A DNA stretch of 64,000 nucleotides from a virus: IMG/VR virus record IMGVR_UViG_3300045996_000592, positions 70,156-134,155 of that record. One strand, given 5' to 3'. The notes beneath the pieces are model-generated. The model saw only the letters and a list, made by a program, of their open reading frames with translations, was not told the origin of the DNA and searched no databases. The position numbers and the translations under genes are program-made. Shown here piece after piece: positions 18,583 to 29,114 of this stretch (positions are counted from its first letter, which is position 1; each line of letters begins with the position of its first letter).

Positions 18583-19728
18583 TTAATCAGTTATTACGGT
18601 TGTCTTCGTACAGTCTACCGGATCTGCTCCCGTATACTGGACCTGAACGCCTATCTTGTAGGTGGTGGCCGTCGTGAGGTTATTGAAAGTCTTGGTGAAC
18701 GCAGATGACGGGTTGGCCTCTTCCTGGGTCTCTATAACGGTAGTTCCGTTAGATTCGTAGATTGTCACCGAGTAAACCACGTTATCCGTTAAGTAAGGGG
18801 TGTAGGTAATCGCTACCGAGGTGGTCGATGGGTTAACCAGCGCTATCCCCGGGCAGACCGGCGTGTTGTTGGTGATCGTCTTTATGACCACCTTACTGCA
18901 GGTTATCGTACCGTTGGTAAGGTTAGTGGTCAGTGTTACCGTATAGTCATCCGCGAAGTAAAGGTTGGAAGCGCTGAGGTCGAATACTACAGGATCGCTG
19001 CCTGACGCACCATCTACTACGTCTATAGAATTAGTGTAAATATTACCCAGTGAGTCCATGACGCTGACGGTAGATCCCGAGTTAACATCGGTAAATCCTG
19101 CAGGTATGGAACACCAGCCGGCCAGGTAGATGTTAAGTGTCTGACCGTTATCCACGATACTGCCGGCGAAGTTGATACCTACGTTAGCGCAGGTAACAGC
19201 AGACTGGGCCAGCGCCTGGTCGAGGCCGGTCCTGATGTCTCCTATGGTCAGCCAGATGTTCTTTAGCGTATCCGCCACATACTGGGGGCTGGTCACCCAC
19301 CCGGTTATACCGCCGAGCGTACCGCCAGCATACGCAGCGTCATTATTCTGTACAGGCTGAATAGATACCGCGCCGTTCAGGTTGTTATCCGTCCCGGTAA
19401 CGTCACGGAAGCTACAATACTGTTCGATAAACGAGGTCAGCAGGGTGTCGATCGCCTCTACCTGGTCCCCGTTGATACATCCGCCGTTTATGGTCGGGGT
19501 GGTATATTCATCCGGGATATCCTGGTCTTCGAGTTCCGTTATCCTGTTCTCGTGGTCTGTTATAGTGGCAGATGAGGTGTCAGTAGTCTTTTTGAGAGCG
19601 GCCGCTACCTTACCGAGCAGTATGATATAGTCCAGCGGGAGTAACCGTTGAACCAGGTCGCCGTTATCATCCGTATACCGGAGATCCTTGGCTACTACGA
19701 GGTCTTTGTTTTCTATGAATCCTGCCAT
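18583..19728 (-). CDS. Fibre-like protein: coiled coil plus C-terminal FN3
   Basis: ITDHENRITELE coiled coil; FNNLTTATTYKIGV FN3 tail. Confidence 0.6.
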   Translation of the reverse strand: MAGFIENKDLVVAKDLRYTDDNGDLVQRLLPLDYIILLGKVAAALKKTTDTSSATITDHENRITELEDQDIPDEYTTPTINGGCINGDQVEAIDTLLTSFIEQYCSFRDVTGTDNNLNGAVSIQPVQNNDAAYAGGTLGGITGWVTSPQYVADTLKNIWLTIGDIRTGLDQALAQSAVTCANVGINFAGSIVDNGQTLNIYLAGWCSIPAGFTDVNSGSTVSVMDSLGNIYTNSIDVVDGASGSDPVVFDLSASNLYFADDYTVTLTTNLTNGTITCSKVVIKTITNNTPVCPGIALVNPSTTSVAITYTPYLTDNVVYSVTIYESNGTTVIETQEEANPSSAFTKTFNNLTTATTYKIGVQVQYTGADPVDCTKTTVITD

Positions 19729-20330
19729 TATGCTAAGTTGAATCTGACACCACCGAGGTCTATCTCCAGCCTCATCGGGTTGTACCCGGACTGGTTAACG
19801 AAGGTGTAGTTTAAGTATAAAGTACCTGACGGGTGATCTATGTAGACCTGGGCCCTCATCGGGATAACATCCCTGTTGTTGGGGAACATATCCACGGTGG
19901 TTAGTACCGCCTGGTTGTGCTTCCAGTTAGCAGGAAAGCAGCTCACCGGCAGGTTGACCAGCGGGATGTCAACATACAGCTTATCTGCCGAGGTCACGAA
20001 GTTCAGTACCAACCCACCCCTGAGCAGGAGGTCTCCCTCCTTGGTCCATTTATAGGATGGGTTACCGGTATTACCGACCCCGAACGTACCTATGGTCCAG
20101 CTGTAACCAGCCCCGCTGCCACTGGTAGAAATACTCGTATGGAACGGAACCCAAGTACCTGTATAGCACTCCGCGTTATCCGGGCACTTGAAGGCAGCCT
20201 GGAGTATTTCTGTCAGGGAAGCGTCGTCACATACATTAAAACACAGATCAGCGCCAGACCACTTAATGCAGTCGGTACTGATGGGGGCATCACATCTTTG
20301 GGACTTACTCCCGGTTCTAACAGGTTTCAC
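19728..20330 (-). CDS. Tail fibre / receptor-binding-like protein
   Basis: Cys-rich N-terminus (ISTDCIKWSG), then a fibre-knob-like C-terminus (DLLLRGGL...LPVSCFP...LGGVRF). Confidence 0.55.
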   Translation of the reverse strand: MKPVRTGSKSQRCDAPISTDCIKWSGADLCFNVCDDASLTEILQAAFKCPDNAECYTGTWVPFHTSISTSGSGAGYSWTIGTFGVGNTGNPSYKWTKEGDLLLRGGLVLNFVTSADKLYVDIPLVNLPVSCFPANWKHNQAVLTTVDMFPNNRDVIPMRAQVYIDHPSGTLYLNYTFVNQSGYNPMRLEIDLGGVRFNLA

Positions 20331-20619
20331 AGCAGGGGTTTATTTCGGGGTAAATAGGACAGGTAGCAGCAGTAGCTATGCGGGTTACCCGGTGCAGGAG
20401 GTCATTTTTTAACTGGGGCCCGTGACTGAGTTCACAAAGGTTGTCCCCGCAGTCCTGTAATGCCTGCCAGTCGTGTATCCAGAGGTTATACCAGACCATC
20501 TCTTTACTGAGATCGGGACAGGAGTTATCTATTCCCCAGCCCTCCTTCATATATATTTTATAGAAGCAGGTACTGAAGTCTTTGATAATACTGTCCTTAT
20601 GGTCGGTGTATCTGGTCAA
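20317..20619 (-). CDS. Small Cys-rich structural protein (tail hub-like)
   Basis: TTG start; follows the hub-like gene in crAss synteny. Confidence 0.45.
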   Translation of the reverse strand: MTRYTDHKDSIIKDFSTCFYKIYMKEGWGIDNSCPDLSKEMVWYNLWIHDWQALQDCGDNLCELSHGPQLKNDLLHRVTRIATAATCPIYPEINPCCETC

Positions 20620-20759
20620 GGTTGCTTAGGGGGAGGGGTCTGGATCTTCTTTTTGTCTATGTCTACACAGGACGGGCAGCACTTTTTACTGTCAGACGGC
20701 CTGGGTTTGAACACACAACTACATCCGGCCGGTCGAAGGCAACAGGGGCATACAGCCAT
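20616..20759 (-). CDS. 47-aa Cys-rich peptide
   Basis: MAVCPCCLRPAGCSCVF...KCCPSC; GTCA/TTGA overlap with the next gene. Confidence 0.5.
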   Translation of the reverse strand: MAVCPCCLRPAGCSCVFKPRPSDSKKCCPSCVDIDKKKIQTPPPKQP

Positions 20760-20775
20760 ATGATAGGTTTTGGTT

Positions 20776-21351
20776 TTAACAGGTAGCGCAGCTGAACTTC
20801 GATAGCCTTTTGATAGCATACCTCAAAAGGTCCATTCCCTCGTCGGGTACATTTTCCTCTTCCACCTTAAAGTGTGCAGCCTGCACAAAAGAATCTATCA
20901 GCTGCATCTCGCGGATCTTAGCCTCTGTCTCGGCGTCCGGAGCACATCCTTTAGGTATGCCGCACATAACCTTGGCGTAACGGTGGTAGAACTTAACAGT
21001 ACGCAGGACACGGTACTCCACATAGACCTTGTCGTTGGGGCTTACGGAATACCTGATGTTGTAGATACCATCCGGAAGATCCGGACAACTGTCATCACAG
21101 GGAGTTGACGGAGGGGCCACGGTAGGATTATAAGGCGTACCTAGAATACCCATACTGCAGGCGTTAAGTACCAGGTCGAAATCCCTGTCTACCGTAAGGA
21201 CACCCGGGGAAGAATAACCCGGAGGGGTGATCTCCAGGGTAGCGCAGCTCACCCCTATAAGACTGCTGTAAACAGAAGAGTCCTTAATCCTGAATATACC
21301 TTTGTTGGCTGTTTCCGGAAAATCGAGGGAGAGTATGTGACGAGCTGCCAT
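20776..21351 (-). CDS. Tail hub-like protein
   Basis: Start reassigned to MAARHILSL; IKDSSVY..LEITPPGY..LPDGIYNIRYSV; follows the auxiliary capsid gene as in crAss-like phages. Confidence 0.6.
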   Translation of the reverse strand: MAARHILSLDFPETANKGIFRIKDSSVYSSLIGVSCATLEITPPGYSSPGVLTVDRDFDLVLNACSMGILGTPYNPTVAPPSTPCDDSCPDLPDGIYNIRYSVSPNDKVYVEYRVLRTVKFYHRYAKVMCGIPKGCAPDAETEAKIREMQLIDSFVQAAHFKVEEENVPDEGMDLLRYAIKRLSKFSCATC

Positions 21352-21359
21352 TCCTAATA

Positions 21360-21391
21360 AAAATATACGCAAAAAAGAAGACTCTTCCAAA
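21360..21391 (-). promoter_or_regulatory. Bacteroidota-type promoter giving a near-leaderless transcript
   Basis: TTTG-N20-TATATTTT, 8 nt before ATG 21351. Confidence 0.5.
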
Positions 21392-21420
21392 ATAAAAACT
21401 CCCAGGACGAACCCGGGAGT
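21389..21420 (-). terminator. Intrinsic terminator after the auxiliary capsid gene
   Basis: Minus ACTCCCGGG-TTCGT-CCTGGGAGT-TTTTATTTT. Confidence 0.75.
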
Positions 21421-21448
21421 AGTTTGGAACAAGAGTAGAGAGGAAAAA

Positions 21449-22711
21449 TTATGTGTAGGACTCGAGTGTCACATTTGAACCGGCCGCTGTCAAACAAGCT
21501 GCGAACAGGTTAGTGAACGTCGAGGTATTCGTACCGGTCGGTACATAGATAACCAGTTCGTACTGGTCGCGATCCTGTACGGAGGTAGGATTTGCGTTCC
21601 TGTGGTCTGTATTATACAGGATGTGGATCTCGTCATAGTAAGAAGTACGGCTCACATTTGGAAGTGTGACGTCATCCTCGGTTTCCCTCATACGGAACAG
21701 GTCGATGTCCTGGCCGTCAGGAAAGTTCTCATTCTGGTAACGCTGGCTGAGTATCCAGTCGCGCAGAACGGTCTCACCGATACCTGAACCCTGGCGGGCA
21801 GCTGTCTTTACTGTGAACAGGTTACCTGTAGAGGTGTTGATCGTAGTAGTAACCTGGCACGGGTTAGAGTCTTCACCGTCATCCATACGCAGGGAAGCGA
21901 GGATAGACAGCGGCTCCAGTTCGTAGTGATCGGTAGTCGTGAACGTATTGTTCGAGAATGATGTGTTACTGTCAGCAGCAGTGATCTCAAGACCCGCCAC
22001 TACAGTACCGTCACCGGTATCTACGTAGGCCGTATCAGACGAATCCAGGGACTCATCATAAGCCGAGAACACTTCTGTAGCGGTACCTGAGTCATTCCAG
22101 TATACCTTCGCGGTAACCAGTTTGCTCAACCACGGATGTTTAGTAATCTCATCTTTGAACTGCAAGAGTACGGTTACCGGGTCAACCAATGGAGACGTAC
22201 AGCCTGAGTTACAGTCTGTAGGGCAGCAGCCGGTATAGGCATCCAGGTCGTAGTATGCGTTGCGGCCGAGGAACCTCATAACAGGAGAACCCTTCAGGTC
22301 CAGGCGTAGACGGTAAGTTTTACCGCATTCGAACGTAGGGCCTACTTCAGAACCACCCACCAGGTTCCAGCCAACCGCCACCACCTGCTTAACAGGAGTT
22401 ACAGCAGCCTTCTTCCAGAAGCGCGTAACGCTCTTCAGGGGAATAGGTTGAGATTTAGTTGTCATCTTCAAACCCCCGATAAATTCGGTGATCTGGTCGA
22501 TGGTGTGCCAGCTACCACCTACTACGCTTACGTCGGAAGTAGTAGACGCACTGGTAGAAGTTCCGTAGATACCTGTGTTAGCTACAGGGAAGATACCGAT
22601 CTGGCCGGCTGTCATAGAGCTGGTCGTTACGCCTGAGTTAACCAGGGCGATATTACCGCCTGAAGCAGCGGCCATGTAGACCTTACGAAATGCGTAAGTA
22701 GGGTAAGACAT
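21449..22711 (-). CDS. Abundant virion structural protein (auxiliary capsid protein-like)
   Basis: 420 aa with its own promoter and terminator; FECGKTYRLRLDLKG and YDEIHILY motifs; crAss synteny. Confidence 0.6.
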   Translation of the reverse strand: MSYPTYAFRKVYMAAASGGNIALVNSGVTTSSMTAGQIGIFPVANTGIYGTSTSASTTSDVSVVGGSWHTIDQITEFIGGLKMTTKSQPIPLKSVTRFWKKAAVTPVKQVVAVGWNLVGGSEVGPTFECGKTYRLRLDLKGSPVMRFLGRNAYYDLDAYTGCCPTDCNSGCTSPLVDPVTVLLQFKDEITKHPWLSKLVTAKVYWNDSGTATEVFSAYDESLDSSDTAYVDTGDGTVVAGLEITAADSNTSFSNNTFTTTDHYELEPLSILASLRMDDGEDSNPCQVTTTINTSTGNLFTVKTAARQGSGIGETVLRDWILSQRYQNENFPDGQDIDLFRMRETEDDVTLPNVSRTSYYDEIHILYNTDHRNANPTSVQDRDQYELVIYVPTGTNTSTFTNLFAACLTAAGSNVTLESYT

Positions 22712-22745
22712 ATTAAGGGTTTAGGGTGTTTAAGGGTTACTAATA

Positions 22746-22777
22746 ATAAACTAAGTAAAAAACTCTGGTTATCCAAA
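22746..22777 (-). promoter_or_regulatory. Bacteroidota-type promoter
   Basis: TTTG-N20-TAGTTTAT. Confidence 0.65.
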
Positions 22778-23056
22778 TTATTTTTCCTGAGTACCTAATT
22801 TTTTTACATCATCCGGTAACTCCTTCTTGAAGAAGAGCTGCAGCAGGAACCCTATTACAGGAACACCTATACCGGTGGCCGTATTGATGATGGTCTGCAC
22901 CTTTGCGGGGAGCAGCAGGAGAAAACCCGGGAAGGTGGTTACCGTGTAGAGATAGGCTCCGGCGACGGAGATCAGGAACCCGGTAAGAATCTGGGCCCAT
23001 TTAGGGGTTTGCGCGAACAGTTTACCGAATCCGTTCTTTTTGTTGAAGTTCTTCAT
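22778..23056 (-). CDS. Holin-like two-TM membrane protein
   Basis: AQTPKWAQ followed by two hydrophobic helices and a charged C-terminus. Confidence 0.5.
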   Translation of the reverse strand: MKNFNKKNGFGKLFAQTPKWAQILTGFLISVAGAYLYTVTTFPGFLLLLPAKVQTIINTATGIGVPVIGFLLQLFFKKELPDDVKKLGTQEK

Positions 23057-23067
23057 AGTGGTGGTGT

Positions 23068-23955
23068 TTAGACCGCTGACCCTATTGCCAGCAGGTATTC
23101 CTGTATTCTTCTGTAAATAATATCGTGGTTAAAAGTACCGTTACCCGCCCAGGCAGCCGCCATCTGCTTAGTAGTCCCGATACCGGATACCGGAGCGAAA
23201 CCAATAATGATGTTACCCCGGCTGGTACCTGTAAAACCGGTGGGCACCTTTCTGTCTGTATAAAGCAGGGAGCCGTTCCAGTAACATTCCTGTACTACGT
23301 TGTTCTGCCGGCGGACGCTGTACATACCCAGGGAGGAGGTTATCCCGTTCGTAGGGCCGGTAGTCGGGAACTGGTTAGCGCCGAATGCGCTGTAATCAAA
23401 CCCGTTCGTAGATGACCGCACCCGAATAAACAGCGGGCCCAGATGACTGGCGTCACAGCAGCTCATCTCGCAGGTATTACCCCCCGCCTGGTCAGTTCTG
23501 AGATAAATCCCCGCTGAATTACTGTTAGGTTGGTAATTACCCGACTGCAGGACCGGGTTAAAGTTGGAATCAATATAATTAGTACCGGATACCCTGGCAA
23601 ACCCCTGGTCTACGGTGAACGGCATAGTACCGGAAGTAATGGTTTGTACCGGGTTATACAGATCCTGCGCCCAGTTCAACAGCGCATTGGCCTGAGAACT
23701 CTGTGCGAAGATGTACAGGAAGTCCAGCACCTCGTTCAGGCGGCGTACCCCAAGGTCCGCCCGGAGCCCTGTAATCAGGTTACTTATCAACAGCTCTCTT
23801 CCCGGGGGCAGGTTGGACATCCTGTTCAGCAGCACATCTACGTCTTGATCCCCCGGGGGCAGCCCTTTTATACAGGGGTTATTCCCCCTGGGTGGTTTAC
23901 CCTGAGGTACGCCCCGGATACTGCGCGGGGCGATACCGTTGATAGATTTATTCAT
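23068..23955 (-). CDS. Putative receptor-binding / concanavalin-like beta-sandwich protein
   Basis: FTVDQGF..NYIDSNFNP; beta-rich; lies in the fibre cluster. Confidence 0.5.
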   Translation of the reverse strand: MNKSINGIAPRSIRGVPQGKPPRGNNPCIKGLPPGDQDVDVLLNRMSNLPPGRELLISNLITGLRADLGVRRLNEVLDFLYIFAQSSQANALLNWAQDLYNPVQTITSGTMPFTVDQGFARVSGTNYIDSNFNPVLQSGNYQPNSNSAGIYLRTDQAGGNTCEMSCCDASHLGPLFIRVRSSTNGFDYSAFGANQFPTTGPTNGITSSLGMYSVRRQNNVVQECYWNGSLLYTDRKVPTGFTGTSRGNIIIGFAPVSGIGTTKQMAAAWAGNGTFNHDIIYRRIQEYLLAIGSAV

Positions 23956-24163
23956 CTGCCAGCTCCGCCTCGTAGACTGCTTTCTCTTCTGTCAGCTTGT
24001 CGGTCAAGACCTCTATAACCTCATCATACAGGCCGCTCCCGGCATTAACCGTTACCGTTTTATCTGCGTAAGACACGGATATGCGTAACCGCCCGTAAGG
24101 TGTAGAGAGCGCGTCAATAGACGCAGAGAGATTGGTTATCTTATCTTCTAATTCCTGACTCAT
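23948..24163 (-). CDS. Hypothetical protein
   Basis: 71 aa; overlaps the next start by 8 nt. Confidence 0.6.
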   Translation of the reverse strand: MSQELEDKITNLSASIDALSTPYGRLRISVSYADKTVTVNAGSGLYDEVIEVLTDKLTEEKAVYEAELADE

Positions 24164-24176
24164 GGTTTATAATGTT

Positions 24177-24590
24177 TTATAGGTCACCTCCTGAGATAAT
24201 AAAGTCCATCTGGTCCTGAACCCCCGCGTATATGGATATGGTACATCCCACCAGCTGCCCGGAAGCCAGTACCTCGCCCCCGGCTATCGTGATGGTCGTC
24301 GTAGCGCCAATGGCTGTATTAGAAGCTGTAACCGTGGCCAGGGCCACCTCTTTATAGAGCCGGTAGTTGGTACCGGAAGTATCGGAGATGAATATCCGCA
24401 CCACCATACCGGATGAGGCTGCCGCAGTAGCCTGGGCAGATGTTACTGTTATTTTATCTATCCTGGACCCGGAAGACCCCGCGGTAAAACCCGTGGCTAC
24501 GACCCCACTGCCATCCCTGGCTGTGTTGGCTGCAGCGAGACGGGCGAACCCCATCTTGGGTGTACCTACGAAAGAAGGGTTACTTGCCAT
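24177..24590 (-). CDS. Small virion / fibre-associated protein
   Basis: MASNPSFVGTP...ANTARDGSG...GSRIDKI...GGDL, a common phage structural family. Confidence 0.6.
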   Translation of the reverse strand: MASNPSFVGTPKMGFARLAAANTARDGSGVVATGFTAGSSGSRIDKITVTSAQATAAASSGMVVRIFISDTSGTNYRLYKEVALATVTASNTAIGATTTITIAGGEVLASGQLVGCTISIYAGVQDQMDFIISGGDL

Positions 24591-24599
24591 AAAAAATCT

Positions 24600-25274
24600 T
24601 TAGAATACCCCGGGGTTATAACCGGAGGCGAATAAGGTGTTTCTCGTACTTGTTACCGTGGCATTGGCGCTCCAGGCGTTCTGGCCAAAGTTAGCCGTAC
24701 CTGCTCCCGAACCGCCGTCGCTACAGCAGGCGGGATACCAGGTACCCGGGGCTATACCGGTGACCGTATATTTCAGCAGGCCATTGATGTAGAACGCCAG
24801 GGTGTGCGCGTCCGCGTCGAAAGCCAGACTGCATAACTGGCCCGTAGCTGGCGCGGTACATCCCGTACCAAGAACCGACCCCCCACTGGGGCCTACAAAA
24901 CAGTTGGCAGGGTTACCCCTATAACCGTAAGCCAATCCTACCGAGGCGTCCTGGGCTCCTAGCTGGTCCAGATTAGCCGAAGACGGAAGGTAGTTGGCGA
25001 TACCAATCTTGGTGATGTTGCTGCTCACAAAATCAAGGTATACCTCCCAGTACCACTTCCCCGTATTTTTACCCAGAGTGGCAATACCGGTACCTGTACG
25101 GGTATTTATCCCGGAACTCTCAAACTTGAGGTTACTGTTTTTTAGCGTGATCCAGCTTGATTTATAGACAGGACTCCAGGTAGCATAGGTAGTGCCTGCG
25201 GAGGGGAAAGAAGATAATATACCGGGGCTTATGTACATGATTACGCCGCTATAAGGTTCCCGAATAATATCCAC
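24600..25274 (-). CDS. SPRY/B30.2-domain fibre protein
   Basis: GKWYWEV..IGIA..LAFDADAHTLAFYING..WYPA..ANFGQ. Confidence 0.75.
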   Translation of the reverse strand: MDIIREPYSGVIMYISPGILSSFPSAGTTYATWSPVYKSSWITLKNSNLKFESSGINTRTGTGIATLGKNTGKWYWEVYLDFVSSNITKIGIANYLPSSANLDQLGAQDASVGLAYGYRGNPANCFVGPSGGSVLGTGCTAPATGQLCSLAFDADAHTLAFYINGLLKYTVTGIAPGTWYPACCSDGGSGAGTANFGQNAWSANATVTSTRNTLFASGYNPGVF

Positions 25275-26557
25275 TCATCTGTACCAATCTTTTCCAGCGT
25301 AAGGCCGACGTACTTACCGGCAGCTTTCAGTTTATCACCGTAGGAGCGTATGGTCACACCCAAGCCAGGGGCTATAGTAAGAGCGCCTTCTCCCATCTGG
25401 ATGGCGTTAATTTTAGAGCCGATCGGGAAGGCCACCGAGCTGTTCGGAGGAACCGTACCCACTATTGCCGTAGACTTGTTGAACTTAACGCTCCTGTTAC
25501 GGTTCGTGAGGGCGAACGTGTGGTCAGACGTCACTTCAATTGAGGCGATGTCGTCTACGTCCGTGGCCGAGATAGTCGGTGATGATATAAGACCGAGGTT
25601 CGCCAGTGCCGTCTTTATGTTACCGGACGGGCGGGCTATCGGGGTAGCGTCCCAGAATCCGAGTTTATTCGAAGTGGCCCCGCCTATGGTGAACCCTTCC
25701 CCGTTCTCTGATTCGATGACATAACCGTCGGATATATAAAGTCCCCTCAGGACCGGTCCCAGATTGAATACAACCAAAGCTGTATTATCCGCGGCACCTG
25801 TGGCGTCCGATAGCAATACCCTGAGTTGGTTGGATGTACTCTGGTTGGTGAACACCCCGAAAGTATCCGTATTACGGACGAGGGTAGTAGCGTTCAGGGT
25901 AAATTGCACAAACACAATCTCGTCTGTACCCACCGTAATTACGTTAGTAAGCAGTAACCAGGATGTCTCCTTATTTCCACCTACAGTCCCATAAAGGACA
26001 GGGATGGCCCCTGAATCATCCATCTCGGCAGGCTCGTCAAAATCGGTAGCGCGGATAAGCCGCCACGGAGTACCGACGGACCCGGTATCATCGACCGTGT
26101 ACACTCCGTTATGGACCGGGTTCGTCTGGTTTTTTATCAGCACCCTCTTGGTCTCTTCTACCTCTATCGTATCTAATACTAGTACACCGTTTGAGTTAGC
26201 GGTAAGTGTGGCCCCCACACCGGCGGTACCGTTACTATAGGTCGCGTCCAAGTGCGCAGTAGAGGCCGCGTGGACCGCTACGGCCGGGTTGATAGCAGCC
26301 AGTGCATTATCTATGGCTGTCTGGACAGCTTGTGTAGTCGGGTAGAGTGTGTTGTTAAGCGTCCCGAGGCTGGTAACCTTGTTAGCCGCTTCCTCGTAAC
26401 CTTCCAGATCCGGTTTGTTCAGAATACCCGCCGGCGCCCCTTCTGCTGCGTCCCAGTCAGGTTTAACGTGCGCGGACCCCCCCTGGATCGCGTTGACCCT
26501 CCCCTTGAGTTGTTTAATGTCCTCGGTATTCTGTTTTATCTGCTTAATATCGTTCAT
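25241..26557 (-). CDS. Tail fibre protein
   Basis: KPDWDA..GILNKP, RVLIKNQT..HNGVY..LIRATD and a C-terminal AFPIG..KIGTDEWILFGNL fibre module. Confidence 0.75.
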   Translation of the reverse strand: MNDIKQIKQNTEDIKQLKGRVNAIQGGSAHVKPDWDAAEGAPAGILNKPDLEGYEEAANKVTSLGTLNNTLYPTTQAVQTAIDNALAAINPAVAVHAASTAHLDATYSNGTAGVGATLTANSNGVLVLDTIEVEETKRVLIKNQTNPVHNGVYTVDDTGSVGTPWRLIRATDFDEPAEMDDSGAIPVLYGTVGGNKETSWLLLTNVITVGTDEIVFVQFTLNATTLVRNTDTFGVFTNQSTSNQLRVLLSDATGAADNTALVVFNLGPVLRGLYISDGYVIESENGEGFTIGGATSNKLGFWDATPIARPSGNIKTALANLGLISSPTISATDVDDIASIEVTSDHTFALTNRNRSVKFNKSTAIVGTVPPNSSVAFPIGSKINAIQMGEGALTIAPGLGVTIRSYGDKLKAAGKYVGLTLEKIGTDEWILFGNLIAA

Positions 26558-27396
26558 TAGGAGAAGTTGTTGTAGAGATATAGTTTTTCCCCATTACTCA
26601 TCCCGGGAGTACTCTGGGAAGCGCTGGTTATTCTACCCTTGGCGTCCACTGTGATAGAAGGTATTTGGGAGGAAGAGCCGTAGGTTCCCGCTGATACCCC
26701 GGACGTAGCCAGGGTAGGGTTGGGGTAAGTCCCGGTAATATCTCCGCCGGCAGAACCAGATGGGGCCGCTGTGACCGTTATATCGGCTGTGCCGTTAAAG
26801 GCTACCCCATTGATGTTACGCGGAGTCTGAAGCGCGGTGGCTGTACCGGCATTCCCCGTTACCGAGGTCTGGTCACCTGAGTTGGTACCCGAGGTGTTGG
26901 AAATGACAGTCAGCTGGGCGTCAGTGACATATCGTTTATTGGCACTATCCGCTATATCCGCAGTAGTGGCATCTGCTCCAGCTGTGACCAACCCCTTACT
27001 GTCGTAGGTTATCTTGGTCTTGGTAGCACCTGTTATAGCCGCGTTACCGGCCACAAAAGACGGAGCGAAATTTTCCCACTTACTTGTTGAAACATTATAC
27101 TTGATCAGATCACCGTTCGCCAGCAATCCCAGGTCAACATCTGTAAGCGTAGAAAGGGAACCTCCCCCGCCACTACCCGAACCGCCTACCATCTCCCAGG
27201 TAGAGCCGTTATAGTAAATGAAGGTAAGGGCTATCCACGATTTATCCCCTGAACCGAGGTCCCGGTTATTTATATAACCACCCGCCGGCAGGGGATCGTG
27301 GTAGACAATATAAGCATCCCCGCTCGTACCGGTACCATCAGCTAAAGCGGGGGTGTTTGTTACGCTGTTCCAATTTCCTTTATTGACGAGTAGCAT
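26557..27396 (-). CDS. Tail fibre protein with fibre repeats
   Basis: [32 protein letters not shown] and [23 protein letters not shown] repeats. Confidence 0.75.
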   Translation of the reverse strand: MLLVNKGNWNSVTNTPALADGTGTSGDAYIVYHDPLPAGGYINNRDLGSGDKSWIALTFIYYNGSTWEMVGGSGSGGGGSLSTLTDVDLGLLANGDLIKYNVSTSKWENFAPSFVAGNAAITGATKTKITYDSKGLVTAGADATTADIADSANKRYVTDAQLTVISNTSGTNSGDQTSVTGNAGTATALQTPRNINGVAFNGTADITVTAAPSGSAGGDITGTYPNPTLATSGVSAGTYGSSSQIPSITVDAKGRITSASQSTPGMSNGEKLYLYNNFS

Positions 27397-28097
27397 TAGG
27401 TGTTACGTTCGGCGTTGATCTTACCCCGCTGGAACTGGGAATTATCATCCAAGTCCCCTCCGAGGATAGAGGCCGCTTCGTCAATAATAAGTTCGACGAT
27501 TTCGTCCTTGAACTCGCAGGTTACGTCAGCAGCGGCCAGTACCCCGGTCTCGGGGTCGGTAGAACCGTTAAATACTATATTCCGGGGTTTACGGTAGTAG
27601 GACACCAGCGGCTCGGTTATATCAAACTCACCGTTGGTATAGATTCTTATTTTATCCCCAAAAAGCGTATAGAAGGTAGTCCGCCAACTGTAGGAAGGTT
27701 TTCTGCCGTCATCCATTAGATTGATATCCACGTCGGACTCCTCTCCCTGGAACAGAATAAGGGGACGCGGGCAACAGCAGCCTTTACCGGCCTTAGCCGA
27801 CACCCGGGCGAAAACGAGGTAGTCATCCGGAAAGGTCGTAGATTCGAAGTAGATACTCTTCTTTACGAAGGGGGCGGTCCACTCTTTCAGTAGCTGCTGG
27901 AGGTCTGCCTGTGCACCGGAGGTTTCTTCCCTGCCGGTCCTGGTCTGGTTATATCCTCTCAGCTGTCTCCTGACCCATTCCCGCTGCGCCTTGTTGAAGG
28001 CTTCCGCTATCTGCCAGTTAGGTATATTGTCCAGATCATCCGAGTCAAGTTTATTGAGACGGTTTTTGATCTTGAGTCGTACTAACTGGTTATTCAA
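27396..28097 (-). CDS. Tail ring protein
   Basis: RLNKLDS...FNKAQREWV...FPDDYL...YYRKPR...IIDEAA; crAss ring family, two genes after MCP. Confidence 0.7.
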   Translation of the reverse strand: MNNQLVRLKIKNRLNKLDSDDLDNIPNWQIAEAFNKAQREWVRRQLRGYNQTRTGREETSGAQADLQQLLKEWTAPFVKKSIYFESTTFPDDYLVFARVSAKAGKGCCCPRPLILFQGEESDVDINLMDDGRKPSYSWRTTFYTLFGDKIRIYTNGEFDITEPLVSYYRKPRNIVFNGSTDPETGVLAAADVTCEFKDEIVELIIDEAASILGGDLDDNSQFQRGKINAERNT

Positions 28098-28108
28098 GGG
28101 TTATCGGA

Positions 28109-29110
28109 TTATTGGTTGAGGTAGTAGTCACACTCCTTCTGGAGCTTCTTGAAGATGTCTTCGTGAACCGGGTTTTTCAGGAACAGGAACACTTCTTCTT
28201 CATTACGACCGAGTACGGTACCTTCCTTCATGAAGTAGATGAAACCGTCGTTCTTGGCGTCGATGAACTTATAGGCCTTGGCCACCTTAATGAGACCGCG
28301 GATAATAAGTTCTTCCATCGTGAGCTTACAGGCTTCCACGAACTGTTCAGCAGCCCTTTTCTTATTCTTCTCCCATAGTTCCCCTTCTATGAAGCGGTCC
28401 ATGTTGGTATAGGTGATGCTTACAGGGGTAGACTTCTTGTACTGGGTAGGGTCTACGTCGATATAACGCGCCACCAGGATAAGCATATCCGGGTTCTCGT
28501 CACGCATATCCTCCAGCTTGGTCTTGGCCCTGTTCTTGATGCGGCGGTTCTCCTCGGTAGAAGCTGAGGTAGTCTCCAGTACGTCGAGGTACCAGCGGTA
28601 TTTACGTGGGTTCTTCTGGGCAATCTCCAGGGACGGGGCTATATTATTATAACTACCGGCCTCGATCGCGTGTTTCAGTATACGGTCATAAGGATCGGCT
28701 ACGTCGATGTACCTTACCTTATTAGATAACCAGATGGTGAAGCGTTCACCGTCAAAGAACTTGACATTATGTGGGTTAAGTTTAGACTCCTCCCAGAATT
28801 TTGGAGATTTAGGCTCAGGGGCCATACCGAAGATCATCTTCTCGATCTCGTGAACTTCTTTACGGATCTCGGCTATTTTAGCCTTCTTTTTATCTTCAGG
28901 GAGCTCCTGTACTGCACGGTCATATTCATCCAGGCCAGTGACAGCCTTGGCCACCCCGTTCTCCTCCTTTATCCAGATGGGCTCAGGGACGGCGCCGCCT
29001 TCCATTAGTACTTGTCCGTGGTTCTGTAAACCCATATTTTCCACGGTAGGATCGAAATTGGGTTGGATAGCGATCTTGGTCCTGGTGTTTGTTCCTTTAA
29101 GGTGCTGCAT
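28109..29110 (-). CDS. Conserved crAss-like protein downstream of the major capsid protein
   Basis: TGLDE..FWEE..IAPSLE..VLGRNEEEVFLFLKNP; synteny. Confidence 0.65.
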   Translation of the reverse strand: MQHLKGTNTRTKIAIQPNFDPTVENMGLQNHGQVLMEGGAVPEPIWIKEENGVAKAVTGLDEYDRAVQELPEDKKKAKIAEIRKEVHEIEKMIFGMAPEPKSPKFWEESKLNPHNVKFFDGERFTIWLSNKVRYIDVADPYDRILKHAIEAGSYNNIAPSLEIAQKNPRKYRWYLDVLETTSASTEENRRIKNRAKTKLEDMRDENPDMLILVARYIDVDPTQYKKSTPVSITYTNMDRFIEGELWEKNKKRAAEQFVEACKLTMEELIIRGLIKVAKAYKFIDAKNDGFIYFMKEGTVLGRNEEEVFLFLKNPVHEDIFKKLQKECDYYLNQ

Positions 29111-29114
29111 TGGT

